Positions 28,074 through 41,549 of a stretch of DNA of 64,000 nt are shown piece by piece. Below the pieces are notes generated by a model. The model saw only the letters and a list, made by a program, of their open reading frames with translations, did not search any database and was not told the DNA's origin. Made by a program: the position numbers and the translations under genes. The stretch covers positions 69,254,001 to 69,318,000 of the forward strand of contig NC_043001.1 in the NCBI RefSeq assembly GCF_006345805.1. The letters are read 5' to 3'. Position 1 is the stretch's first letter. Every line of letters starts with the position of its first letter. The DNA comes from Octopus sinensis. Lineage: Eukaryota.

Positions 28074-28979
28074 GTAAATCCTCGAGTATAATCCGCAATT
28101 TTTTCCCAAAATTTAAAGGTCAAAATCCCTACTGCGTACTATATACGAGGTTAAAAATGAAAAGTATTTTCTAAGCAATGTTCGAATCTCTATTTGCTGT
28201 CAGGCAGTGTTTATTCAGGCGCATTTTCTGATGTCTGGCACGAAAATACCTTAAGCTAAGCCTGAAAGCAATGAAGTCATAAATTGAATTATGGACTGAA
28301 TGGATGTCGACTGGAGAAAAGTCGTTCACTAAAGCTGGAAGGGTTCGCGCTCCTGATCTGACTTTGATATGCAAATGGATCGTGTATGCATAGAATAGAT
28401 TCGATCCTCAGATTATTGTGAAAAGTTTTATGAAATGTTGTATATCGTCTGCACTGGGTGGTACTCAGGATGACATTGTATGGAAAGATGAAATAAATGA
28501 AAGTGAATGATCTGATTTTGACTATGAATCTGACGGTGACGGAGATTTACACTACAATGATGCTGACATGTTTATGAAGGAACAAGTAGAACAGTTATTT
28601 GATGCTGAAAGTGACGTTGAATTTGAAGGATTTGAATAAATATTTTTGCTTTTGCAACTGATAGTGATAAATATTTACTTAATATTTACTTAATATTTAC
28701 TTAATATTTTTCACTGACGTTATTACTACTATTTCTTTATTTTCTGCAAACAAAATGCACAAAAAAGCTACACGTTTGCATTATGTTATATTTACAATAA
28801 TAATAAAGGACATTACCGTAGACATTTTTACAAACCAAGGAGGTTATATAGACCTCCTTGACTCAAGTTAGAGAAGGGATGCGTATTATATACAAGATTT
28901 AGGTTTTTCAGAGGTACAGCCCCCTAAAAATTCCCTGCGTATTTATACTCAAGGGCGGATTATACTCGAGGATTTACGG
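28072..28979 (+). mobile_element. Non-autonomous pogo/Tigger-like DNA transposon
   Basis: TIR core GTAAATCCTCGAGTATAATCCGC (28074-28096) and its reverse complement (28955-28977); TA flanks; DDE C-terminal remnant FTKAGRVRAPDL..ICKWIVYA..IIVKSFMKCCIS. Confidence 0.88.
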
Positions 28980-28984
28980 TATAT

Positions 28985-30060
28985 ATCTACTACATATGTG
29001 GAAAACAGGTGTGTGTTTGCTTGTGGCGTTGTTAGCTAACTCCTCTCTACATCGTTTTATTGATTTTGATGAAAATTGATACGTGAGTACAACTCATGTC
29101 GGGAAACCTCGTGACATACTTAGATCGTTGAAAAAAATCGATAATAGGTCCCTGGAAGAGATCTTTATATCTACCTCATATAACTAATGTTTTTAAACAC
29201 TCAGGGGAAATAAGCCATACCATCTGCACAATATTTTTCAAACACTCAAGGGAAATAACTCATAGAACCTACACTTACAGTTGTTAGTCTGTATTGAAGC
29301 GATCAATATTTGATTCTCGCGATCAGCAGACCTAATTCTGCATTGCACTACTCACAGTTTTCAACTGCTAAACCTTATTATTTCACTTTCTTGACGGATG
29401 TACACTTTCAATGCCCATAATTCCAATAATTCTGTATTTTTCTTGTTAAAATTTGTCGATGATAGCACATACATGTTTTCATTCCAGAACGTATTTAATG
29501 TATCGCAATACAATGAACTCATATCCTGGATGCTCAAAATTTTTTTTAAATGAAACCAAACTCTCACACCACATTCAGTTGTGACGCTCTGTATCACTTA
29601 TACTTATTTTACTAATCTTAATATTTATTGCTTATTGACAGTTCATGCAACATTTTCATGAAACTAATTGAGCCATCGAATTTAGAAATATTTGACCGGT
29701 TTCTTTGTTTATGTTCAATTACTTTGAATATTTATTTTTTTGTGTCTAATTTCTAATTTTTGCAGACAATATCACTTTTATACTTTATTTGACACGTGAG
29801 TAGAACTCATATCTGGAAACCTCGTGACATACTTAGATTGTTGAAGAATATCTATAACAGGGCCCCTCCAATGGATCCTTCTTTCTACTACATATTACTA
29901 ATATCTTATTTAAGCAACGCAACGGAAATAACCTATGCCACCTGTAGCTTTTAGCGAAGCGCTCCGTACTTGATTTTCACGATCAGCCGACCTAATTCTG
30001 CATTTCACTATTTAGTTTTGAACTGCTAAACATTATTATTACACTTCCTTGATTTGAATC
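28985..30060 (+). mobile_element. Putative non-autonomous Helitron-like repeat with a diverged internal duplication
   Basis: A|TCTACTACATAT start typical of Helitron 5' ends; 29080-29390 is similar to 29770-30050. No 3' CTAG hairpin identified. Confidence 0.4.
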
Positions 30061-31321
30061 TTAAACATTAAAGACTTCATTTATAAATTTCTATACATAC
30101 ATTTTTGAATGTACATTACTTCGATAATTCTGCATTTTTACATTTACACTTTTTCCATGGCAGTAGATTAATTTTTTATTCCACAACCTATTTGTAGTGG
30201 CTTCCTGCAGACATAGTGTGGATTCGATCTTCGATTGCTAAATTACATTTAACACTTCAACAGAGCTTTTCTCACGGTAAAACAATAGTTGTTTTTTTCT
30301 GTGAATGAGAGCAGTTATACATTTCCCAGATGCCTTTCCTACGTAGAATGATGTCTTTGCCACTTGACCCTTCTAACTTCTTCCATGTCACCAGGGGCTG
30401 GAATGGAAATAACAAATCCCCAACGAAATCATTTGTTCTCAACAATATATCTATCTTTCTGGCTGCTTTTCGATAGTTGTAAAAACATGAACTCCGTAAG
30501 CTAAAGGCAGTTACTGAGTATGTTGATTCTCAACATACTCTTGTCACCAAAGAATGTATATTTATATGGATTATAGTACTCTGTGTCAACCAATATTCTG
30601 TGCATGTTTGAATATACAGATACAATACCAATACCAATATCAATTCCTTCTGGGAATTATCTTAAGCATGTCCTTGAGAACGATTATTTATGTAGTAATC
30701 TTTTGTGCCCAATATTTTAAGGAACTTGTTGAACTTTTTTATGTCCTTAACATGTCATTGTTACCAAAGACTGTATATATGTAATGTAGCAATTTGCAAC
30801 AACCAATAATTAACGCAACGAAACTTCTACATGTTACTTTTGATATATATATATTCATACATACATACACATATGCAAAAGAGATGTCGGATGCGTAAGC
30901 ATATGTACAGAGCCTATACAAATATAAAAAACAGTGCAATCTAATAAATGTGTCTATAAACATTTGTGTGTTTCAAGTGAGGGTTGATGAGTATATACAT
31001 ATAGGCGAGTGTACGTGGGTGTGCCGGTGCACATGTATGTGTATGGACATGCGCGCATACGCAACTGCTATAAACATTTTTACTCCCTTACCTTTACTCC
31101 CTTCCCTCAATTAGCGGTCATTCTAATAGCTCTTTTGTCTTAACGGTCAATCATACTGTAATTTCCTTTTGTTTTAACGGTAATTTTCATAGCATTTTTT
31201 TCGATGGCGTGATGACTGAAGAGATGCCGACGTGGGTTTCCGCCCCCAAATCCGAAACTCGGTTTTTTATCATGGCTGCCGAATAATTGTCACATATCAT
31301 ATTTACAGATATATATATATT

Positions 31322-31548
31322 TCTTTATTACCCACAATGGGCTAAACACAGAGGGGACAAACAAGGACAGACAAACGGATTAAGTCGATTACATCGACCC
31401 CAGTGCGTAACTGGTACTTTATTTATCGACCCCGTATCTGGTACTTTATTTATCGACCTCGGCGGAATTTGAACACAGAAAGTAGCGGCAGACGAAATAC
31501 GGCTACGCATTTCGCCCGGCGTGCTAACGTTTCTGCCAGCTCGTCGCC
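31322..31548 (-). mobile_element. tRNA-derived SINE family D
   Basis: Minus-strand head GGCGACGAGCTGGCAGAAACGTTAGC..GTGTTCAAATTCCGCCG with A/B boxes; small internal duplication at 31413-31460. Confidence 0.85.
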
Positions 31549-32408
31549 TTATTACAGATATATATATATATTGTTAGGAACTTAAGGTTTTCTTTAAGAT
31601 TATTTCTGTCTTATGAGTATATTATGAAATAATATTATTATGAGGCAGTATTACATGCACTGCATTATAAAGTTTAACAGGTAAACAGACAGTTTTGCAT
31701 GTTGCACTGTAAGGTCAAGATGAAGTCAATTGTGAAAATTCGAGAAGTTAGGTGTAAATAGCCAAACTTTGAAACTGTAACAAACTGGCTAGACCTGAGC
31801 AAACCTTTATAAGAAGAGACAATGGCACACTCAGTTTTGTGACAGCTAAAGTTTTTTTTTTTCTGTGAGACAAGGTTGTTCTATTGGATTCTGGAAGCTA
31901 TGATTGTCTGTTTAGTTTTTGCACTTTGTGCTTTGCATTAGGCATTTATGGATTTATATTATGCTCCAGGAATTCGCCATGACTTTTACTTGTCAGATTT
32001 AAATAATTTCTGTGTAAAATCTGGGTGAGTAGAAAATCTCTTAAGTTATAGTATTGTAGTATTTATGTGAATTTTGAACCCAGCATTTGTGGCAGATTTT
32101 GTACTAATTTTGGTAGCTATTTTCTGTTAAGATAAATATCGAAAAATTTGTATAAATAGCTAAAGGGTGTATGAATTTAATTTTCCATGTAGCCAATTAT
32201 TTGTATCAGACAACTAACTGTAAATTTTGTCTAATAGTTACTCAGCATGCTTGTATGAAGCAGTTTTGTGTGAATGTAAAGCAAACTAGATTACTTTGTT
32301 TTACTATTTATTTTTACTATAATTATTGATGTAGTCTGGCAGCCGTTTTGTGTCATGACTTTTAGTTTAAATGGTTGCTTTGACATTAGATTTATTTATG
32401 TTTAGGTT

Positions 32409-32652
32409 CAAATTTTGAAAACCAAATTTATGAAACCAAATTTCGGAATCCAAATTCATGAAACGAAATTTATGAAACGAATTTTATGAAACCAAATTTC
32501 GGAATCCAAATTTATGAAACCAAATTTCGGAGTCCAAATTTATGAAATCAAATATATGAATCCAAGGAGGGCAAATTTACGAATCCAAATTTAGGAAGTC
32601 AAGTTTATGAAACAAAATTTATGAAACCAAAATTCTGAATCCAAATTTCTAA
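32409..32652. repeat. 14-bp minisatellite (CCAAATTTATGAAA / CCAAATTTCGGAAT)
   Basis: About 17 degenerate units read directly. Confidence 0.85.
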
Positions 32653-32884
32653 ACTGCATATATTTTACATTTGTAAATATTTTGCCTGCACGTCTAGTTA
32701 GCATTAATACATTTGTTCATATATATTTGTTTGAATGTAGGTTGTTTGTGTATGATGATGCCTAATTGTTAATAAGATTTAAAAAAACTTCATGCTGTGT
32801 TGTTGTTTTGGGTTCACCTCATCATTGTTTGTTGTGTAGATTCGGGTTATGCCCACCAGGTCGTAACAATATGTGCTTACATAC

Positions 32885-32962
<78 letters not shown>

Positions 32963-32974
32963 TAATGTAATTTT

Positions 32975-33076
32975 TCTTTATTTTACTTGATCGAGCCATT
33001 ACATAACGGTCATGCTGTGGAACCAAATTTAGTCGAAAAAATGACTTCTCCAGTACATATTTTAAATCTGCCTCTT

Positions 33077-33142
<66 letters not shown>

Positions 33143-33149
33143 TGTGTGA

Positions 33150-33189
<40 letters not shown>

Positions 33190-33300
33190 CCCCGTAACGT
33201 AGCTGTTGGGCAAAATGTATGATAGAATAAGAGCCAAATTTAAAATATGTCCTAGAGAAGTCATTTTTCGACTAATGACGGTTCTCGAACAAGGCTGCTA
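32975..33300. repeat. Inverted pair of diverged SINE B tails around a (TA)(TG) microsatellite
   Basis: 33027-33082 is a near reverse complement of 33222-33275. Confidence 0.65.
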
Positions 33301-34199
33301 TGTAAAGTCTGGATAAATAAAGAAAATTACATTAGTCCATAACACTCCGAGCTGCAATAATCGAAATTTGTGTAACAAAATGTGCGCACCAAGGCTACTT
33401 TGAAATGTTATTGTAAAATCCAACACAGAATCCATATAGCACTGCCATCTGAACTTGTTCACGCACGTTGTCATCATAATCCAGTTAATCAATACATGGC
33501 GAGTGTATATACATATATACGTACATATGCATACATATATCTAGGTACACACCCACATGTATGTATTTATTCGTGATAGTGTTTGTGCATATAGGCATAT
33601 ATGCATATGCATTTATATATATACATGTATCTTTATGCGTATCTATATAAACATACATCTATTTATTCAAGCATAGACATTCCATATATGGAAGTATACA
33701 GTACGAAGCGTTGCCTAAACAAGATTGAGCATATTTCTCAATCAATTACATAACAATATGGCGAGACAATCAGATCTACAGTGGCCAGAGATGCGTGGCG
33801 AAATACGACCTAAAATGCCGATCATACCATACATAATGAGCATACGATTACTCTGTCCAATAATTTATTCATTAGACTGAAGAGCATGTCGGCAACAATA
33901 ATATCTATCGCTCTCGCTCCTGACTGATCTACCTTGTCAAACTTCACGTGTGCATAACGAGGAAAACACATACAAACACACACTGGAGAGCGAGAATTTA
34001 ACCTGAACATCAACTACTTTGAAATAACGACAGTCAAAATGGTGTGCAGCGGTTGTAAGTCAGCTTGACTATATCTAAGCGTGGGCTTTGTTTATATCTC
34101 CTATGGAATCATTTGCCAGTCCCCGCTGCCTGCAGGTGTCTATATAAGACCCTTCAGGCGGCGAATGTAAATAGGCGAGCAATAAATTCAAGAATGGAT

Positions 34200-34215
34200 A
34201 CACTACTTCTACTAT

Positions 34216-34257
<42 letters not shown>

Positions 34258-34258
34258 G

Positions 34259-34296
<38 letters not shown>

Positions 34297-34332
34297 TGGT
34301 GCTGCACTACAAACACAGCTACTGCTGCTACT
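34200..34332. repeat. (CTA)n-(CTG)n trinucleotide repeat
   Basis: Read directly. Confidence 0.95.
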
Positions 34333-35040
34333 GAATGTAATTGGTGTTGGCGAAAACGTATCGAACTGTTGGTTGGCAAGCATGATGTGATCTGTTTGAG
34401 GTGGAATGCAGAAGATTCTTTGGGTAGTCTGTCTTGCAAAATGCCTTCCACCAGCAGAAAATAGAAAGATTCCAAAGTTGTCAATCAAGATAACAAAGGT
34501 TATTTCAAAGTGGCTGCAGCTCAGAAGATATAAGGTTATTACCAACGATTACAAGTTGGACTTTGATGAATCGTGTGATTAGGGAAAAATTCGAAACATA
34601 GGCGCAGACGTATGGTCTATATGTTTACCTGTGTTTCCTTGTATGTGTTGCCCACCAGCACTTAAAAACCGATGATGGCGTGTCCATGTCACCGTAATTT
34701 AACGAGAGTTCGATAGTATAAAAAGCAAGTTTAAAAAAAGGACCGGGGTTTATCCATTCCACTAAAAATTCATCAAGGCTTTGTTCGAGCACGGTCACAG
34801 TATAATGACTCAAACAAGTAAAAGACAATGGTTCAAAGGTCCATTACTTCTGGGTTATGATTACTGATTATATGTGATGGAAATCAAATGACACATAAGG
34901 AAATTTTGTATGAATACATACATACATACATGCATACATACATACATACATACATATACACACATATATATATATATATATACATACATATATATATGTG
35001 TGTGTGTATGTGTTTGCGTTTGCGTGTGTACCTTTTTTGC

Positions 35041-35084
<44 letters not shown>

Positions 35085-35161
35085 GATAACCAAGAGGTGG
35101 GTGGATATTATCATTCAAAACGTTTTTATTAAAGACATTTCTACAGCATATATATAATTCT

Positions 35162-35245
35162 CACCTACATATGTTTCGACTGCATCAACTGCACATTGCT
35201 CAGCAAGCTATTATGTATCCTACTCGCTGCAATTTCATCAAAGGT
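35162..35245 (-). ncRNA. Degenerate type I hammerhead-like motif
   Basis: ACC U UUGAUGA-AAUUGCA...UGCAGUC-GAA-ACAUAUGU-A/GGUG; core C3 changed, helix III palindromic. Confidence 0.45.
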
Positions 35246-36048
35246 CCTTCAGACACGAAATTTTTATAGTGAACTGATTCAAACAATCGTCCTACGTTGG
35301 TGTATCATTTGAAGATGATGTCCACACTTACGAAAATATACGTTTAAACAATTTATAAAAACACAACTCATAACTATGATAATTATGCTAGTTACAATAA
35401 TGATTATAATCATTAATGTTATTCATACAAATACAACTACTACTAATAATAACAATAATATTAATTGAGGGTATAGACCTCCAAAAAGTAAAATACATTT
35501 AAATAGAAAAATATTGTACTCTATATAGCAAAATATAAACAAAGTTGGTACCATTAATTGAAATCTGAGTAAACATTTTTAACCACGCTTCAACTGTAAT
35601 AGCAATAGGGGTGATTATAAGACCAGAATTCCATTGGATTTAACAAGTAATGCTACCAACGCAGGACACTTGTTTGAATCGGTTCACTTTGAAAACGTAG
35701 TGGGTGATGGGCCCTTGACGAAATTACAGCATCTAGAATGTATAATTGAATACCAGAGTAATGTGCAGAATCTGCAGTCGAAATATATATAGGCCAGTGT
35801 TATATATACTGTGGAAAACTTCTTAAGCAAGAAGTTTTCCATGTGAATAAATATCCACCCTCTTCTTCGTTATCAGGTATATACTGTACGTAATATTTGC
35901 ATTTCTGAATAGGAAGAACCACCCAGCGAGTGAAGCTTACCCGTACCAATATCTCATTTAAGCTTGAGTTCTACGTAATTGGACCGTTGTGGATAGCCGG
36001 CATCCATAACCGGCAATACGGTATCTGCCTGGATAATTTATCCCTTTT

Positions 36049-36104
<56 letters not shown>

Positions 36105-36106
36105 CC

Positions 36107-36156
<50 letters not shown>

Positions 36157-37275
36157 CATACATACCTGCATACGTACTCACATACACACGCACTCATATA
36201 CATATATACATAACTACACACACAAACACACACACATACATATATATACATACATTATACATTTGTACATGCGTACATATGTTTCCGCATGTGTAGATGT
36301 AATCTATGCGTGTATGGTTTTGTGCATTTCTCCGAGACAATTTCCAGTACTGGCAGATCTAACAGAAACGTGTTACTTCATTGAACCTTGTGTATTGTAC
36401 TGCTGTTTGACAATTTAACGCCCTTTCAAATATTTTCTCTTTCTTTCTCAAACAGTCTCAATATATATGACACATGTAGAAATATTATTTGATTGAACCT
36501 GGTACCGAGCAGCCGAATTTTATTGCTCGCTTATTTCAATCAGTCTAAAACTGAATTAAATATTAGCTACACACACACACACACACACGCGCGCGCGCGG
36601 ATACACACACGAAAACAACACCAGAAATTTCAGGGAGCTTTGTTCGTAGCTATCCCCCTCTCTCTCACTCCCCCTCTCACTTATTCTTTGATTTCTCATA
36701 AGCAGGGCAGCTAATCTCTATGACGGTACACACATTTTCTTCTCTGTCTCAAACAATGATATTAAACAAACTGTAATGTTTGCCCTTGCTAGAAACTTCT
36801 ACCAATATTCGTTGTATTGATATTCATGTATATATTCAATAACAGAGGGGTTAGCGAATGGGTAGTACCGTACTGAAAGGGCGGAATTCATGATATTTTG
36901 GGGCAGCTGCAAATCACATGCATCCGTTTTTCAGATAAATGTTACATACATGTTACACTCTGCTTGTTTATGGTTCCTTAGTATTGCCGGTGAGAGCCGT
37001 AGCTGTGTTGGACAAACCTCATTAGCCTTAAAACACTTGCACTGGCAATGGTGACCCTCCTAGTGCATGACGGTTATGCTCGTCTAACGTATAAACAGCC
37101 ATCATGAATGATTGTATGTATGTATGTATGTATGTATGTATGCATGTAATATTTGCTCTGCGCTATGGGTGTTGCGTATTTATGATCAACCAACATCCAA
37201 CAGATAGTTTATGAAATGAAATTAAATTCGTCCTGGCCATCCTGTCTATTCTAAAAACTTAACAATGGTCTACGA

Positions 37276-37334
37276 CAGTGGTTCCGAACCCTTTTATCGA
37301 AATGAGTTTTCCCACAGACCCCTCTTAATATGCT

Positions 37335-37389
<55 letters not shown>

Positions 37390-37453
37390 AATTTTGAATT
37401 TAGTTCATGTGCCGCCAGTACAACATTTGCGGACCCCAGGTTGGAAACCACTG
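37276..37453. mobile_element. hAT/Charlie-like MITE
   Basis: TIRs CAGTGGTTCCGAACC / GGTTGGAAACCACTG; 8-bp TSD GTCTACGA / GTTTACGA; internal microsatellite. Confidence 0.85.
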
Positions 37454-37648
37454 GTTTACGACATCATAATATTATCAATGTATCTAGACTGAAGGAGGTA
37501 TTGTGGTTATTTCTAGTAGATTTTTAGACTTATGGAATAGGGGTTTCCTTAATGGTCGATTATTTTTGTAACTCTTATGAGTTTATGTATTAAATAAGTG
37601 TAGGATAAACAATGTGTGTGTCCAAATAAGCGATTTCTCACTCCTAAA

Positions 37649-37731
<83 letters not shown>

Positions 37732-37783
37732 GTATATATATGTACATATATATATATATATATATATATAAATATATATATAT

Positions 37784-37840
<57 letters not shown>

Positions 37841-39729
37841 ATATATATATATTATATGCTGTACTTCAGAAGATCCTTCCATCTCAGTAAAATTGATGTT
37901 TGTAAAGCCTCTCCCACAGCTCATCTTCTAATACCCTTTCTTTCATCAATCTTTGGCGTGATCCCATATTCTCCTTTTACTTCTATGCTGAACTGATGAT
38001 GTCCTCTCTGCATCCTATTCATTCAGTATCTCTAATCGTCTGACACATTATTCACAATGGAGCTCACTTACAAATATGAACTATCGCTCGGTGCAGCCTT
38101 CTCGTTTGTCTGCTCTTATTAAACCATTAAATCCATGCCGGCATGGGAAAAATGACGTTAAATGATGTTGAAGATGACGTGGTTTATGATCATATATAAA
38201 TATAAATGTGTGTGTGTGCGTGTGTATGTGGGTGTGAAAATACATAGATACCTAACATTTTAAGATCCTGTACGTGGATAACATAAGTGATGTATGGTCA
38301 CTGGATTTTCTAGTTGTTCACCAAAACATTAAGGTGAATAATTAAGGCTATAATTGACACAACTGTATGAAGTAATAGAAGTAGTGTATATATACTTTTC
38401 TAACTAGGAAACATAATAACACCACATAAAAAAATTATGTCCTCCATTTAGCCAAAGGCTACATTTTATATTACTCGTGATAATTAAACGCAAAGTACAA
38501 TGAACATGCCTTTAATTCTGTCTCAGTTCAATAGGAATGAACTCTTTACCCTCACAACCCTTCCTCATTCACACCCACACATTTTCTTCTTTCTTCTTAC
38601 CATCGCGAATACACACCCACACCCATATCCTCACACACACACCCATACACCTACGCCCATATCATCTCACACGCATTCATACACCTACACCCATATCCTC
38701 ACACACACTCACGTACACACACAGAAATACACACAAACACATATACGCACATGCACATACACTCTCATAAGGACATGTACCAAATAACAGAACATGCTCT
38801 GTACATCCCTCCAGTCAAACAAGTCACATAAAAGGAAATGAACCGCATCAATCTTAACCCATTCTCTCAATCATCGATTTTCAGAGGGTTTTTCCACAGA
38901 ATGTGCCTCAATCTCCCGTTTAGATAAATAGCTTTAAAAATTATATTGAATTATTCAGAAAATTATTGCAATAAAGCCTTATGAAATTAAAGGCCTTTGC
39001 TCCAAGCTTCAGTCGATAATTAACCTTTTTATCGATTTTATTAGATATGCTTTTTAGATTTCAATTTGATAATGAATTATTTTGTTGCCAAGCAACATTG
39101 TAGTTGCCAATATTTTCATGGGGATCATTTCAATGGCGGCTGCAAAGTTTAGGGAATCAACAAAATTTTAATCTAACCCTGTTGGATAATATTCACCTTG
39201 TCTCGAAATAAGGATATATCTCAGAACATGCTTTATGATTCCAGTATTTGGAGTCACAGATGACGCACGGTTTTACGAGACGCACGCAAATTCTAACAGT
39301 GAATATATATTTTAAAAGTTTTGTAGTGTATTAATTCATGTAATGTAGCCTCCACTCCGCACATAGTGTCTGGCGTCATATTTTGAGACTACTTTTGTTT
39401 TGGAAAATGGTGCATCATATATACTATCAAATATGGTACATTTTTAAACACACACACACACACACACACATATTCTCACCACCCACATATACATACTCAC
39501 TCGCACATGTATTTCCGAAAAACATAATAAAGAAGCTAATAAAAATATGACAATTCAAAATAACATTAGAAAGTATTATGGTTATTGTCTCACGTCCCTC
39601 ATCTTATAACACTAATTGCTGATATGAATACACATAATTTAAGCTAATCCTATATGTTTGTCTGGCACACATGATCCAACTAATGAGTTTCTGACAACAG
39701 AAACAAATCTCTAGTGACACACCCTAGAA

Positions 39730-40500
39730 GCATTTATTTTTGCGTTGTGTTGAACTGCGTTTTTACATTGTAGACTCCAACCAAGACAAAGGTCTCCCTA
39801 CTAAGCAGAAGCAATTGAGATTTTAGCAAAATGTACATCACTTTTTCCTTGATTCTGCTGACGAACTTGCCCTCACAGGTTCTGAAATGTGTGATGTGAA
39901 AGACTTGGCGTTCTTTGCAAATTCGGTAGCCAAGTTGGGTTTGTTTCTCAACGCAAAGGAGATTGAATAAATGGCCCTTAATGAAGATGAATGCCATCTA
40001 CCAATTTATTCTGATGATGGCACACAACTCAGCGAAGTCAGTGACATTTGGTACCTTTGATCTTGTGTTGCTGATACTTATGGGACAAGCTTTTAGTGTT
40101 TGTAGCTAACGTCACAAACAAGTATTTCCACTGAAACAAGGCTCTCTTTAAGAGTATATGTAGAGAATACTCTTGAATATAAATAAACATCGTGACTGTG
40201 ACAAGGGATATTGAAGAGTACCTTGATGCTACATACATCGGGATCTTTATGGTGGCTCAAAACATTTCATGTTATGAGTACAAAACAAAGATGATTTATG
40301 ATGTTCTTCTACCCATCTCTACTATTATTGTTCAAAGCAGGGTAAGTTTTGCTGGCCACCGACATCATATTAAACAACAATACTTATCACGTGTTGTTTA
40401 GGAGGCATCCGCATCTAGCTAGAGGACGAACACCATTCAATTCCATTAATATTAAAGGTAGAACACAACTTAAAATTGACGATCTACTGAAGTTAATGGG
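39730..40500 (+). mobile_element. Highly decayed RTE/RTEX-like RT fossil
   Basis: Residual LDSADELAL, GLFLNAKE, LDATY and RVSFAGH motifs in the expected order. Confidence 0.5.
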
Positions 40501-41083
40501 GGAAGGAGACCTTGCTGTGATGAGGTAAAACACATCTTGGTTGCAGCTGCTTGAAAAATGTTATGTGTTAATTCCAGCTTTACTTTTAATTTACACTAGA
40601 ATCCTATTATTTTCGTTTAGTTGTTTTACAGTATCCTGATATCTATACTACTTAATAAACGCTTGTGTAGAGTCTGTCAATGGCACAAAATCGGCTAAAT
40701 TATGTCAGTATTTGATGACAAGTTCACCATGTTTATGGCAGCAACCAAAGCTGATATACAGATATCGTAAATGTGCTTAATTGTTACTTAATGTAACCAG
40801 AAACAAATATAATTAAGTATATAATTAAGTGTTCTTTGGATGTGTGCGCTGAAATGATTAGTTTCTATCCATGATTTGGTTCCGCTGTTTCATCAATAAG
40901 TGTTTGACCGATTGTATTAGTCAGAATAAAAACGATTAGGCGTCGATTTAAAGGGCTGAACTCCACTGAGAAGAATCTGAAGCCTTTATTCAATTCAGGC
41001 TGCGCCATTGACAGACTGATTTTGTTGACGCAATAACAATAAGCTCACTTGCAATAGAAAGCAATCACGAAAGTCGAAGGATT

Positions 41084-41136
<53 letters not shown>

Positions 41137-41264
41137 TATATATTTATACATACTATATATATATATATTTATTTGATAGAAATGATAGAAAATTAATATT
41201 ACTTCTTAGAGCACGACAGTGACTTCAAAGTTTCTGCTTGGTACCCATCATCATGTCTTTTCCC

Positions 41265-41478
41265 TCATATGAGTATATACCCATACATCGCGTGTGTACC
41301 GTTGGCGATTTTTTTACTCCGTCTTCTTTTTTGGATCTTTCCTTTTCCTATGTTTCTGACGAAGAACTCCGCTCGAAACGTTAAATCCTCCTTCTTTCCT
41401 GAGCGTCCCATAATACTATACTTGTTCCACGTCCCGCGTTGTTGGGTTTTCTCTTGTGTTTTCATGTTTGGATTAACT

Positions 41479-41480
<2 letters not shown>
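41265..41480 (+). mobile_element. Probable PLE terminal remnant carrying a minimal hammerhead
   Basis: Contains the motif at 41352-41386; a second copy lies on the minus strand at about 43990-44170. Confidence 0.55.
41352..41386 (+). ncRNA. Minimal type I hammerhead-like motif
   Basis: GUUU-CUGACGA-AGAACUCCGCUC-GAA-ACGU-U/AAAU; core intact, helix II with one mismatch, weak helix I. Confidence 0.55.

Positions 41481-41549
<69 letters not shown>

Noticed and set aside
30270-30520. Open minus-strand frame of about 80 codons without a start codon
   Set aside because: No recognisable motif or splice signals.
35812-35841. Perfect 13-bp hairpin TGGAAAACTTCTT-AAGC-AAGAAGTTTTCCA
   Set aside because: Isolated, with no context or second copy; no function can be supported.
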